DNA of 64,000 nucleotides from Ranitomeya imitator (lineage: Eukaryota), in assembly GCF_032444005.1 (NCBI RefSeq), contig NC_091283.1:162254001-162318000 (forward strand), in the 5' to 3' direction. This document shows, piece after piece, positions 32,795 through 48,030 of this stretch. The stretch's first letter is position 1, and every line of letters begins with the position of its first letter. Both the position numbers and the translations under genes were made by a program. The notes below the pieces were generated by a model, which was not told where the DNA came from, made no database searches, and was given only the letters and a program-made list of their open reading frames with translations.

Positions 32795-34077
32795 CGGGGT
32801 GGGCCACGTGTATGGATACACCTAAATAAATGGGAATGGTTGATGATATCAACTTCCTGTTTGTGGCACATTAGTATATGGGAGGGGAAAACTTTTCAAG
32901 ATGGGTGGTGACCATGACGTCCGTTTTGGATCCAACTTTATTTTTGCGAATGGGAAGAGGGTCATGTGACACATCAAACTTATTGAGAATTTCACAAGAA
33001 AAACAATGGTGTGCTTGGTTTTAACATAACTTTATTCTTTCATGAGTTATTCACAAGTTTATGACCACTTATAAAATGTGTTCAAAGTTGTGCCTATTGT
33101 GTTGGATTGTCAATGCAACCCTCTTCTCCCACTCTTGACACACTGATGGAAACACCGCAGAAGAAATGGTAGCACAGGCTTCCAGTATCTGTTGTTTCAG
33201 ATGCTGCACATCTCGTATCTGGATGGTCAAATGTCTTTTTTCGGCCTTACTAACTATGTTACTATTATGATGGAATATAGGCTGAACTGGATGGACAAAT
33301 GTCTTTTTTCGGCCTTACTAACTATGTTACTATGTATCTTCACAGCATAGACAATTGCCTTCAGATGACCCCAAAGGTAAAAGTCTGAGGGGGTCAGATC
33401 GAGAGACCTTGGTGGCCATTCAACTGGACAACGACGACCAATCCACTTTCTAGGAAACTGTTCATGTAGGAATGCTCGGACCTGACACTCATGATGTGAT
33501 GGTGCACCATCTTGCTGGAAAAAGCCAGTGAACGTGCCATCTTCAGTGCATCTTCAACCACTGATGTTTCTTCATTAGTGACAGTTTTCTTGCGCCCACA
33601 TTTTGGCAAATCCAACACTGAACCTGTTTCACGAAATTTGGCAAGCAGTTTGCTAACTGTAGCATGGGAGATGGGTGGTGTCGTAGGGTGTCTTACATTG
33701 AAATCTGCTGCAATGACCCGGGTACTGCATTCAGCAGACATCAACGCAATTTCTATCCGCTCTTCACGTGTTAACCTCTGCGACATGTCAATGGCTGTAA
33801 ACAAAGAGAAACTTGTAAATTACGCATGAAAGAATAAAGTTATGTTAAAGCCAAGCACACTAATTTTTTTCTTGTGAAATTCTCAATAAGTTTGATGTCA
33901 CATGACCCTTTTCCCATTGAAAAAAAAAAGTTGGATCCAAAATAACTGACTTAAAAATGGTTGCCACCCATCTTGAAAAGTTTTCCCCCTCCCATATACT
34001 AATGTGCCTCAAACAGGAAGTTGATATCACCAACCTTTCCCATTTTATTTGTGTATCCATATAAATGGCCCACCCTG
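32795..34077 (-). mobile_element. Tc1/mariner-superfamily deletion derivative with long TIRs
   Basis: TA at 32793-32794 and 34078-34079, C(A/G)GGGTGGGCCA termini, about 200-bp TIRs. Transposase remnants HATVSKLLAKFRETGSVLDLPKCGRK and QQDGAP...WPPRSLDL. Confidence 0.88.
33221..33333 (+). mobile_element. Two tandem ultra-short CR1 3' ends, same family as 5211-8065
   Basis: GGATGG(A/T)CAAATGTCTTTTTTCGGCCTTACTAACTATGTTACTAT occurs twice. GTATCT is duplicated at 33215-33220 and 33334-33339. Confidence 0.88.
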
Positions 34078-34403
34078 TACTATAATACTGCCCCTATGTA
34101 CAAGAATATAACTACTATAATACTGCCGCCTATGTACAAGAATATAACTACTATAATACTGCCCCTATGTACAAGAATATAACTACTATAATACTGCCGC
34201 CTATGTACAAGAATATACCTACTATAATACTGCCCCCTATGTACAAGAATATAACTACTATAATACTGCCCCTATGTACAAGAATATAACTACTATAATA
34301 CTGCCGCCTATGTACAAGAATATACCTACTATAATACTGCCCCCTATGTACAAGAATATAACTACTATAATACTGCCCCCTATGTGCAAGAATACAACTA
34401 CTA

Positions 34404-35263
34404 CTAGATGGTGGCCCGATTCCAACTCATCGGGTATTCTTGCCCAGCCCACGCGGTGTGTTGCCCAGCCCACGCGGTGTGTTGCCCAGCCCACGCGGTG
34501 TGTTGCCCAGCCCACGCGGTGTGTTGCCCAGCCCACGCGGTGTGTTGCCCAGCCCACGCGGTGTGTTGCCCAGCCCACGCGGTGTGTTGCCCAGCCCACG
34601 CGGTGTGTTGCCCAGCCCACGCGGTGTGTTGCCCAGCCCACGCGGTGTGTTGCCCAGCCCACGCGGTGTGTTGCCCAGCCCACGCGGTGTGTTGCCATAT
34701 GGGCACCATATCCCTGTTAAAAAAGGAATTAAAATAAAAATAGTTATATACTCACCTTCCGGCGGCCCCCGGATCCAGCCCAGGCATTTAGCGATGCTCC
34801 TTTCCCAGTAATGCATTGCGGCAATAACACGTGATGATGTAGCGGTCTCGCGAGACCACTATGTCATTGCCGCAATGGATTCTTGGGACCGGAGCGTCCG
34901 GGAAAGGTGCCGGAAGGTGAGTATATGATTTTTTTTAAAATAATTTTTAACACTAGATCTTTTTACTATTGATGCTTTATAGGCAGCATCAATAGTAAAA
35001 AGTTGGTCACACAGGGTTAATAGCAGCGTTAAGGGACTGCGTTACACCACGTTATGCCTGTTTAACGGACTGCTAAACAGCTATAGGGGCACTGACTGGA
35101 AGGCAGTAGGGAGGGGGCACTGACTGAAGGGGAGTAGGGAAGGGAAATTTGCGGCCGGACTGTGCCCGTCGCTGATTGGTGGTGGCCGCGACCAATCAGC
35201 GACGCGGGACTTCCGTGACAGACAAACAGATGGAAGTACTCCTTAGACGATTATATAGATAGA
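34404..35263 (-). mobile_element. Non-autonomous Helitron containing a 21-bp tandem repeat (about 12 copies, 34441-34695)
   Basis: Minus strand reads A|TC...CTAG|T with no TSD, and a CCCGAT..ATCGGG hairpin at 34415-34434 just inside the 3' CTAG. Confidence 0.85.
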
Positions 35264-37879
35264 TAATGCTGCCCCTATGTACAAGAATATAACTACTATA
35301 TTACTGCCCCCTATGTACAAGAATATAGCTACTATAATACTGCCCACTATGTACAAGAATATTGCTATTATAATTCTCCCTATGTACAAGAATATAACTA
35401 CTATAATACTGCCCCCTGTGTACAAGAATATAGCTACTATAATACTGCCCACTATGTACAAGAATATAACTACTATAATACTGCCCCCTATGTATAAGAA
35501 TATAACTACTATAATACTGCTCCTGCTCCTATGTACAAGAATATAACTACTATATTACTGCCCCTATGTACAAGAATATACGGTAGCTATTATAATACTG
35601 CCCCTATGTACAAGAATATAACTACTATAATACTGCTCCTATGTACAAGAATATAACTACTATAATGCTGCCCCTATGTACAAGAATATAGCTACTATAA
35701 TACTGCCCCTATGTACAAGAATATAACTACTATAATGCTGCCCCTATGTACAAGAATATAACTACTATAATACTGCTCCTATGTACAAGAATATAACTAC
35801 TATAATACTGTCCCTCTAGATGGACTATACTATATGTTTGATGACATTTTTGTGTGCTTTGTGCAGTGAGTTTTTTTTCTGAGAAGTTTCTGGTCAGGCG
35901 TTGGTTGTGATGTAATCTCGGGGATCCGTTGTTGGATCTGCTCTGGACTAATCCTGCTTCTTGGCATCTGGGGTAGACTTTGTCATTGCTTCCGTCTTGC
36001 GTTCTTTATTTCCCTGTCCCCTTTCCAAGCCTTGTACTGAGGAGCCATGTATAACTGGTGGACGGGCCCGGCGGCTGCACATATGAGGACACGGATCAGG
36101 ATTTCCTCCTGCTCAGTGCGACATGGAATAATTCTGCCTTCCCATCTTTGCTTGCTTCACGATCTCCTGGTAGCGCTTTTTTTATTTGTTTTGTTTAACT
36201 GGTGCAGGATGTAATTTCCTGTCACTTGTCTTTCATTATTAATATTTAAGTTGTGTGTGGAATTTTGCCCAAAATGGAGGGAAAGAGGAATTGTAACTGG
36301 GGAAATATAGCATGCAATAAATGTAAAAGTGTCTCTGAAATCTACCCTTTAAGTCTCCTCCTCGGCCATCCATGAATCCATATAGGATTTTTTGGGGCTT
36401 ATTAGTGTCAGGTTAATGATCAGCCGAGCGCCTGTGATGAGGATGATCGACTTCACTTTGGAGACTTTGGACATCCATAAACCTGTCCTCATTAGGAAAG
36501 AAATACTGCAATTGTTTAATTGCTGCGACGTGACAACCCAGCCAGAAAGGGAAAGCGTGATCAGCCCTGTGCCCCCTGTATCCAGTGACTTTGCTTTCTT
36601 TTTATTTTGTGGGGGATTCACTCTCTTTTGGTTGGGGCTGCATTATTTCATGAGCTTTTTTTTTTTTTTTTTTGCAACACACATCCCCTTATAGAAATGG
36701 ATCTTTTGTGGCCCTTCCAAGTGACGTACCTTAAAGTTCGTGGGCCCCGATGCAAAATTTTCAAATAGGGACCCGAATGATCATGGAGTCTTTAATTGTA
36801 TTGGTCTCATCATATGGGCCAAAGCCGCCTATTGAGCCCCTCTAGGCTCCATGTTGCTGTTGCAACTTTTGCAAAGCGCCATAAATAACTAGTTGACCAG
36901 TAGAAAGAAAATTACATGTTAATCACATTGTTTAGCAAGTGTTTGTGTCCCTCTTTTTATGGTCACTTTGTGTGACTAGGGATCATTGGATATCATGGGG
37001 GCTCAGGGTACCCACCCACCAATGTCTAGAGCAAAGACGCCCCAAGTACTCAGCGACTTACTACAACAGAGGTTTTTCTTCTTGGTCTTTTGACTACGTG
37101 ACCCTTTCTACAGTCGTGCTGCATGCACAGTGACTATCCCATACCCTCCATAATAAGATGCTGACTCGGCGAAAGTCTAATAGCAGCGGTCTCCTGTATG
37201 TACATATGTACTTTATTATCAGTAGCCCCTTCGCTCCTCCTCGAAAGCTGCATTTATCTCACATAGATAAGACAACGTGACCTGTAGACTTGTGATGACT
37301 TTTCATAGTGTCAGGCTTTAAGGGCAGTGGCATGATAAACCAAAAAAAATAGTAAAGTTAATGAGTTTGAACTTTCTTGACGGAGCCATCACGCCCATCT
37401 ATTGGACTCTGCCCGGCTTTGTACAGAGAGAAATGTCTTTGAATCACCACGAGCAGTCGGGGCCCCTGACTCTAAACTGCAGGAGAAACTATAAAAACTG
37501 GTGATCCCAATGCGTGCATGCACACATTTGTACCAGTCAGAATTTTGGCCACCCATCTTCATGCAGTTGTTGTCCTTATCCTTAATGGAATGTGCACATT
37601 GCCGAGTCAGACTGGAGGCAGCAAAACCACAAAGAAAGGAACAAATATGTGACACAAATAAGTTTGAGTTACATCTTTGTTTCCTCCTGGTGCCCCCCTT
37701 TTACTCTGTTGACAGCTTTACATCCCCTTGACTTTCTCTCTAGCAACTTCATCAGGTTAATACCTGGACTAGCTCCATCAGTCCTGAATGTGTTCCCAGA
37801 GGAGGTGAGTATTTGTGCTGCTGTGTCTTCATTCTGTGTCCAACTCATCCTAAACCATCTCACTTGGGTTGATATCAAT

Positions 37880-38380
37880 AATTGTTGAGGCAATGTTCTC
37901 ATACACAGCCTCCATACCTCTCCATGCCTACATGACCTGGAGGTGTTGGGGTCATCGTCCTGTTGCAGCACAAATCATGGTCCCACTCACTGCAAACCAG
38001 ATGGGTCGGTGGTCATTGCATAAAGCTGTGGTAGACATGCTGTAGAAGTTGAACTTTGCTGCACCTTACAAAGACACACCGGTTGATTCCAAACGTTTCT
38101 AATTTTGACTCCTCAGACCACTGTACAGGTTCCCCTGATCTAATATGGAGTCCATGTGTTGGTTCAACCAAACAAGTTTCTTCTTGTTTGCGGTCGCCAG
38201 TAGAAGTGCTGTCAATTTGAGCTTTGTGACTCTGATGAACTTATCCTCTGCAGCAGAGGTAATTCTTAATCTTCTTTTCCTGGATTGGTATAAATGACCA
38301 GTTTCACCTTATTGAATGATAATTTTCATGACTGAAAGTGAAGATGCCCTCAAGTTCTTGCAATTTACCCGATTCTGACC
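37880..38380 (-). mobile_element. Old degenerate Tc1 transposase fragment
   Basis: Decayed catalytic-core-like peptides on the minus strand (WSEESKLE-like and QQDDDPNTSR-like). Ends not defined. Confidence 0.5.
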
Positions 38381-41057
38381 TCCATGATGGGCCTTACGGG
38401 TGGCAGTGACACCCAGGGTCACAGAAAGAGGTTTGTCAGCACAGAAGTTGAACACTGCTCCAGTCCAGCTGCAGTGGAAGACTGAACTGAACTCCGGACC
38501 TGGGTACTTCTGATTTTTGTTTTTCTTTTATCATTTTATTTTTATCTTCTGGTTTTTGGATTTATTTTTTGTAATCCTGACGCCTCGTGTAACAGAAGGG
38601 ACATTTTACATTGCTCATGCTTTTTTGGACTTGTCCTCATCAAGGAAACATCAATGAGGAATCTCAATGTTCTGCCAAAGTGTTGTGCTGTTTGCATACA
38701 CTTACTGTGTACTTATGGGGATTGTCGTGTGCAGGAGCTTGACACGTCACGTATTAAGGAAGAGGGTGAAAATTTGATTTTTAAAGGGACATCCTACAGA
38801 TATATTGTGAGCGCATGGATATATTTGATGGCCTGCACAATTTTCATATGAATGTCAAAATTATGTTTGTTTTTTTTGGAGGGGGGGGGGGTTGTGTTTA
38901 CACACTTTCATTTTGCCAAACTCATGTAAAATTAATAAAAATTAAATAGAGTGGTGAGGCGATATTATGACAATGTGGTCTCTCCTCTTCGCTCTAAACT
39001 TGTAATTTAATCTGGAACCATGAAATAGATCTGTTTGTTTTTTCTCTTTAAAATAACTAATGTTAATAGGATGGAAACATCCTAGTTGGTTGAAACTGCT
39101 GCTGCTGTCTGCAGGAATAGAAACTCCAATCATTGCTACTTTTTTGTTGCACACTTTATATGTATATTCTTATTTACACAATTTATTTTGCTATTTGTTA
39201 TCTGCTTGTACTAGATATTACAGGACACAGGGATGTGCCCGGGGCCATGAGTCCAGGCCTCGGATGATGCACATGTAAATGATGAGCTGGTTTTCTTAGC
39301 AGATAGGGGAGGAGTTCCTGAGTATCTAAACCTCTGTGCACCCTTTTACTCACTCTTTCTGTACATCCTGCACCTCAGGGACTGTCAGAAGATCTCCTCT
39401 GGGCTGGTGAGCTCTGATTTTTATCATAGAAACTCTCCAATATTTTAGATTGTAGTTTTGGTTTTGCATTTAAAGGGGTAGTCCTCTGTATTCAGGTGCA
39501 GACCCTTTAAGACCGAGTGGACCCTTTATGGCTCCAATAAGACAAACTCATTTGCTTCACCTATACTTGGTACATGGCACATTAACCACTCAATTGTGAA
39601 CCCCAATATTCTTTTACAGGAGTCCTGGATGCTGAGATACAGGGAGCTGTTTTCGGGGTCACCACTGACTTTCTTGTCCCCTCCATGTCACAGGCTGATA
39701 GAGGAGAAGCTGTAAAACTTTAGGAGCCTGCAAACAGCACCTCATGTCTCAGCCTTCTCAACCACCATGTTTAATAAGGGAGACAGACTATTTGGGGTTC
39801 ACTATTGCAGAACTGTGCAACTTAATTGGGAGTAAAAGGATAATTAGGAGACACATTTTTGTGCATGACGAGTCCATGTTTTTCTTTATCGCCCTCTTGG
39901 GCATCGCTGCCTCCAATATCCTGCTCGTTCACACTGATTCTTGAATCCCTTTCTTCAATCACATTTGTGGTCAACTTTCTTTTTGTTGCACAATCCATTT
40001 ATCTTATTTTTGAGAAGTGCCCAAAACTTCTTAATGCACAGGCTCCAGGTTTTGACTTGCTTTCACTTTATTCCCCCCCCCCTTTTTTTTTTTTTTTTTT
40101 GTTTTTCTTCACTTTTTTTTATTCATGTTATTCCCTTTTTTATTTTGTACGTTTTTTTTTAGCACATGTTTGCACTCTTTTCATCTTCCTTATTTCACTT
40201 TTTCTTTGTCCTGCAGCGCCTCCACAGGAGCAATGAAGTATTGTATAACACCAAAAGGACACAGCAGCCTCTGTAAGGCCAAGATGCAAACATTGAATAT
40301 ATTAGATCAGAACCACATTACTGCTATATAGACTATACTTGGAAAAATGAAGGGACTTATCTCACAAATTGGCCAATGCATCAGCCCATCAGCCACGACA
40401 AGGCGACCTTTCTTTGATGGGGCCCTAAGCCGAATATTTATCAGGCATGCCTTGCCCTTTGCATTTGCTGCTTTTAGCCCAGGAGAGGCATGTTTGATAA
40501 ATATCCATGTTTAAATACGATGTAGCAATCTTTCTGATTTCCCGCTGATGTTTCCTTCGTGTCCTTTTTGATCTGATTAAACTTCTGCAGGATGAAATCT
40601 ATTTCAGGCGTTCAGTGCTCCTTTCCAGACTTGCTCAATATTCTCCCCATAAAAGCCCAGGTTATGTAACGCCACCTGTCATCTGTGCCATCACCTGGTA
40701 GAACCCGTACAGTGACTTGCACACTCCCCTTTTTGCATTGAGCGGGTCCACTATTGATTTACAGACTATCGGGGGTAATGACGGGGACCCCATAACACAG
40801 ACGATAATAGGGTGCACTCTGATGGTGACAACGGTAACACCCAGGATAGACGGCTTTCTTAATTACACTTATTTGGCACAAACTGCATTTGGTCCAATCT
40901 AATGTGATTACCTGTAATAATCATGATCCATTAGATGTCCTCCTTACAGCAGAGAACAAGCCGCAGGTGACAAGCGACCTTTCCCAACGTAATCAGGTTA
41001 CTGAGATAAGACCCAAATGTACATTGATAGTCGTTCACTACAGTCATACAGCTCATG

Positions 41058-41218
41058 TACGTACACAGTGACTGCACCAGCAGAATAGTGAGTGCAGCTC
41101 TGGGGTATAATACAGGATGTAACTCAGGATCAGTAATGTATGTACACAGTGACTGCACCAGCAGAATAGCGAGGGCAGCTCTGGACTATAATACAGGATG
41201 TAACTCAGGATCAGTAAT
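41058..41218. repeat. About 78-bp dispersed minisatellite, left part of the array split by L2
   Basis: Two units of the same consensus as 13125-13800, in reverse orientation. Confidence 0.85.
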
Positions 41219-44200
41219 AATAATAATAATAATAATTTTTATTTATATAGCGCCAACATATTCCGCAGCGCTTTACAAATTATAGAGGGGACTTGTACAG
41301 ACAATAGACATTACAGCATAACAGAAATACAGTTCAAAACAGATACCAGGAGGAATGAGGGCCCTGCTCGCAAGCTTACAAACTATGAGGAAAAGGGGAG
41401 ACACGAGAGGTGGATGGTAACAATTGCTTTAGTTATTCGGACCGGCCATAGTGTAAGGCTCGGGTGTTCATGTAAAGCTGCATGAACCAGTTAACTGCCT
41501 AACTATGTAGCAGTACAGACACAGAGGGCTATTAACTGCATAAAGTGAATGAGAACATGATGCGAGGAACCTGATTTTTTATTTTATTTTTATAAATAGG
41601 CCACACAGGGATCGTTAGGTTAATGCATTGAGACGGTAGGCCAGTCTGAACAAATGAGTTTTTAGGGCACGCTTAAAACTGTGGGGATTGGGGATTAATC
41701 GTATTAACCTAGGTAGTGCATTCCAAAGAATCGGCGCAGCACGTGTAAAGTCTTGGAGACGGGAGTGGGAGGTTCTGATTATTGAGGATGCTAACCTGAG
41801 GTCATTAGCGGAGCGGAGGGCACGGGTAGGGTGGTAGACTGATACCAGGGAGGAGATGTAGGGTGGTGCTGAGCCATGGAGTGCTTTGTGGATGAGGGTA
41901 GTAGTTTTGTACTGGATTCTGGAGTGGATGGGTAGCCAGTGTAATGACTGGCACAAGGTAGAGGCATCGGTGTAACGGTTGGTGAGGAATATGATCCTGG
42001 CAGCAGCATTCATGACAGATTGGAGCTGGGAAAGTTTGGTAAGAGGGAGGCCGATTAGTAGAGAGTTACAATAGTCCAGACGAGAATGAATAAGTGAAAC
42101 AGTAAGAGTTTTTGCAGAGTCGAAAGTAAGAAAAGGGCGAATTCTAGAAATGTTTTTGAGATGCAGGTAAGAAGAGCGAGCCAGTGATCGGATGTGGGGG
42201 GTGAATGAAAGGTCAGAATCAAGGATGACCCCAAGGCAGCAGGCATGTTGCTTTGGAGTAATGGTGGAACCGCACACGGAGATGGCAATGTCAGGCAAAG
42301 GTAGGTTAGTAGAGGGAGAGAACACGAGGAGTTCAGTTTTTGACAGGTTTAGTTTCAGATAGAGGGAGGACATGATGTTAGAGACAGCGGTAAGACAATC
42401 ACTGGTGTTTTCTAAAAAGGTCGGTGTGATATCAGGAGAAGAAGTGTATAATTGGGTGTCGTCAGCATAGAGATGGTACTGGAAACCAAATCTACTGATT
42501 GTTTGTCCAATAGGGGCAGTATACAACGAGAAGAGGAGGGGGCCTAGGACTGATCCTTGAGGAACCCCAACAGTAAGGGGAAGGTGAGAGGAGGAGGAAC
42601 CAGCAAAACATACAGTGAAGGATCGGTCAGAGAGATAGGAGGAGAACCAGGAGAGAACGGTGTCCTTGAGGCCGATGGAGCGGAGCATAGTGAGGAGGAG
42701 CTGATGATCCACAGTATCGAATGCTGCAGAGAGATCCAAGAGATTTAGCATGGAGTAGTGACCATTAGATTTAGCTGTTAGTAGGTCATTAGAGACTTTA
42801 GTGAGGGCAGTTTCAGTAGAGTGTAAAGAGCGGAAACCAGATTGAAGAGGGTCGAGAAGAGAGTTATCTGAGAGATAGCGGGTAAGACGGGAGTGGACCA
42901 GGCGTTCGAGGAGTTTAGCGATGAAGGGAAGATTAGAGACAGGTCTATAATTAGCGGCACAGTTTTGATCGAGGGATGGTTTTTTAAGTAATTGATGTAT
43001 GATGGCATGCTTAAATGAGGAGGGAAAGGTTGAATATTTTTGTTAGGTGAGAGGTGACAGCCGGGGAAAGGGACTGGAGGAGATGTGACGGAATGGGGTC
43101 ACTGGTGCAAGTGGTCGGGCGAGAAGATGCAAGGAGCCTGCTTACTTCTTCTTCTGTAACTGCTTCAAAGTCAGAGAGTGAACTAGATGCAGTGGGGGAG
43201 GTAGGACAGTGCATGGTATGAAGGGATTGGGAGATGATTTCCTGTCGAATGTGGTCAATTTTTTCTTTGAAGTAATTGGCCAGATCGTCAGCACGGAGAT
43301 CCGTGGTTGGGGCCTGCTCTCTTGGGTTGAGTAGGGACTGGAACGTGTCAAAGAGACGTTTAGGGTTATTGGACAGGGAGGTGATGAGGATGTTGAAGTA
43401 GGTTTGTTTGGAGAGGTGAAGGGCAGAATTGTATGTCTTTAGCATGAACTTATAATGGATGAAATCTTCGGGTAGATTAGATTTTCTCCACAGACGTTCT
43501 GCGCACCTGGAGCACCGCTGCAGGAAACGTGCTTGCAGCGTGTGCCACGGTTGTTGCCGTCTGTGCCGAGTTGTTTTATGTATAGGAGGAGCAGCTTCAT
43601 CCAGAGCACTTTGCAGGGTTTCATTGTAATGCTTCAGAGCAGAATCAGGACATGAGATGGAGAAGATTGGGGCCAATGAGTACTGCAAGTTCTTCATAAG
43701 TTTCTGGGTGTTAATGGCCTGTATGTTTCTATAAGTGTGGAAAGTGGGGGTGACCTGAGCGGGATGGCAGTTCTTGATAGAGAATGAAAGAAGGTTGTGG
43801 TCAGAGAGCAGGAGAGGGGAGTTTGTGAAATCATCGACTGAGCAAAGCCGGGAGAAGACCAAGTCAAGGGAGTTTCCATCTTCATGTGTTGGAGAGTTAG
43901 TATGCTGCGAGAGGCCGAAAGAGGAGGATAGCGATAAAAGGTGAGAAGCAGATGGGGAGAGGGGAGAGGCAATGGGGATGTTGAAATCACCCATGATAAG
44001 GGTGGGGGTGTCACAGGAGAGAAAGTGTGGAAGCCAGGTGGCAAAGTGATCAAGGAACCGATGAGAGGGGCCGGGAGGACGATACACCACCGCCACTCAC
44101 ATGGAGAAGGGGACGTAGAGTCTGACCACATGGACCTCAAAGGAAGGGAAGACAAGTGAGGGTACTTGGGGGATAACTTGGAAAGTACATTTGGGTGAAA

Positions 44201-44343
44201 GGAGCAGACCAACGCCTCCACCTGCTCTGTTGTCTGATCTTGGGGTATGAGAAAAGTGTAGTCCACCATATGAAAGAGCAGCAGCAGCGGTGGTGTCTGA
44301 CTGCTGGATCCAGGTTTCAGTAAGAGCCAGGAGATAATGGAGT
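41219..44343 (-). mobile_element. 5'-truncated L2 LINE with a few lesions
   Basis: Endonuclease (LTETW, YRPP, GDFN, LDLV, SDH) and RT ([23 protein letters not shown]). TGA stop at about 44098, frameshift at about 43020. L2-type 3' end GTAAAGCGCTG...GGCGCTATATAAATAAA plus an (ATT)n tail. TAAT on both sides. Confidence 0.93.
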
Positions 44344-45590
44344 TAATGTATGTACACAGTGACTGCACCAGCAGAATAGTGAGTGCAGCTCTGGAGTATA
44401 ATACAGGATGTAACTCAGGATCAGTACAGGATCAGTAATGTATGTACACAGTGACGGCACCAGCAGAATAGTGAGTGCAGCTCTGGAGTATAATACAGGA
44501 TGTAACTCGGGATCAGTACAGGATCAGTAATGTATGTACACAGTGACGGCACCAGCAGAATAGTGAGTGCAGCTCTGGAGTATAATACAGGATGTAACTC
44601 GGGATCAGTAATGTAATGTATGTACACAGTGACTGCACCAGCAGAATAGTGAATGCAGTTCTTGGGTAGAATACAGGATGTAACTCAGGATCAGTAATGT
44701 AATGTATGTACACAGTGACTGCACCAGCAGAATAGTGAGTGCAGCTCTGGGGTATAATACAGGATGTAACTCGGGATCAGGACAGGATCAGTAATGTATG
44801 TACACAGTGACTGCACCAGCAGAATAGTGAATGCAGCTCTGGGGTATAATACAGGATGTAACTCAGGATCAGTAATGTACAGTATGTACACAGTGACTGC
44901 ACCAGCAGAATAGTGAGTGCAGCTCTGGGATATAATACAGGATGTAACTCAGGATCAGTACAGGATCAGTAATGTAATTTATGTACACCGTGACTGCACC
45001 AGCAGAACAGTGAGTGCAGCGCTGGGGAATAATACAGGATGTAACTCAGGATCAGTACAGGATCAGTAATATATGTACACAGTGACTACACCAGCAGAAT
45101 AGTGAGTGCGGCTCTGGGGTAGAATACAGGATGTAACTCAGGATCAGTAATGTAATGCATGTACACAGTGACTGCACCAGCAGAATAGTGAGTGCAGCTC
45201 TGGGGTATAATACAGGATGTAACTCAAGATCAGTAATGTATGTACACAGTGACTGCCCCAGCAGAATAGTGAGTGCAGCTCTGGGGTATAATACAGGATG
45301 TAACTCAGGATCAGTAATGTATGTACACAGTGACTGCACCAGCAGAATAGTGAGTGCAGCTCTGGGGTATAATACAGGATGTAACTCAGGATCAGTAATG
45401 TAATGTATGTACACAGTGACTGCACCAGCAGAATAGTGAGTACAGCTCTGGAGTATAATACAGGATGTAACTCAGGATCAGTAATGTAATGTATGTACAC
45501 AGTGACTGCACCAGCAGAATAGTGAGTACAGCTCTGGAGTATAATACAGGATGTAACTCAGGATCAGTAATGTATGTACACAGTGACTTA
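44344..45590. repeat. About 78-bp dispersed minisatellite, largest array (about 15 units), ending about 290 bp before SLC31A1 exon 2
   Basis: Repeated GTATGTACACAGTGACTGCACCAGCAGAATAGTGAGTGCAGCTCTGG.GTATAATACAGGATGTAACTCAGGATCAGTAAT. Confidence 0.93.
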
Positions 45591-45917
45591 TCGGCTCATC
45601 TGCTTCAAAGGACCAATCTGCAGTTGGTGCCAGTAAAAGGCCGTGGCCGTGCCCAGGGGCCACTGTCTGAACAGATAATCGTCTAATAAAACAGGATAAG
45701 TTTTCCCTGCTCCTATGCTGATGATGGCTAGGTGAATCAGGGCCCTTCTACCTAAATATCGTCCATCGCCTCCTTCCATCTATCACTCAGGGGTTTGGTA
45801 GTTGTTCTCTGTTACTTTGTATCTTCCACTGTTCTTAGTATGTAACAATGTTCCTGAAGTATTTTGTTTGTTTTTTAGGATTGTTAGAGGGAGTAGCTGT
45901 TCTTGAAGGTTTTCAAA

Positions 45918-47234
<1,317 letters not shown>

Positions 47235-48024
47235 TGAAGGGCCGGCACCCCAAGGCTTTGGGTGATGGGACATCTGGAGACTCTGGCACTGAGCTCTGCC
47301 TCCTTGACAAATGATGATGGGCGACCAACGCAACCAAATCCTCCGATGCCTTTATTTTATATCAGATGTGTATTACCAACAGCTTGATGTCCTCGTGCTT
47401 AAGGATTTCTTGACCACACCTTCACCAGTAATGGATTGTCTATGGTCTGTTCCTTGAGGAACACCCCGCTGTCATTTCTGTTCCTCAACTTACTCTGTCG
47501 ATGTCTCCCTTAACCAGTAGGGGGCACCAGTGATGCAATCCAAGCCTTATAATCCTAGTTGATGGTCTACTTGGACAATTCCTTAATTATGTAAATCCAT
47601 ATCCAATCGGTGATGTTTTCTACTTTTAATTCATCTTATTTTTAAGACAAAAATTCCATTTCAATCACAATTATAAGTAATTACTAAAAATCAAGTCATG
47701 AAGATCATTGCCTATACAGGTGAATGGTAACTTGCCAATGGCATGTAAGCCCTTCCCCTGCAGTCAGTCACGCCCCCGAGGATCTTCTCAAGATCTCAAT
47801 TTACCCTTTTTTTTACAATTAGGTGCAGTACAAAAGATAGACTCAAAAACAAAATGAAGTTGTCACAAAAGTGACCTGTAATGTAGATTACAAAAATCTT
47901 CTTTAAGTTTCAGCTTTTTTTATTTAAAATCTTATATTATGTATATATTTTCTAGAGAAAAAAATGTATGATTATTTTTTTTTTGTTCCAATAGTTGAAA
48001 CCTTTAAAAATATTCAATCCTTTT

Positions 48025-48030
48025 AATAAA
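48025..48030 (+). terminator. Candidate polyadenylation signal of SLC31A1
   Basis: AATAAA about 790 nt after the stop in an AT-rich UTR, with U-rich sequence downstream. Confidence 0.45.

Larger units (their letters stand above)
32297..35815. repeat. 35-36-bp AT-rich minisatellite in three segments (about 32297-32794, 34078-34403, 35264-35815)
   Basis: Unit AATACTGCCCCTATGTACAAGAATATAACTACTAT. Register is continuous across the two insertions. Confidence 0.93.

Noticed and set aside
35880-36700. Purine-rich minus-strand stretches and ORFs 36349..36621 and 36392..36694 as a hidden antisense gene in SLC31A1 intron 1
   Set aside because: Frames are short or interrupted, with no recognisable homology or consistent splice sites.
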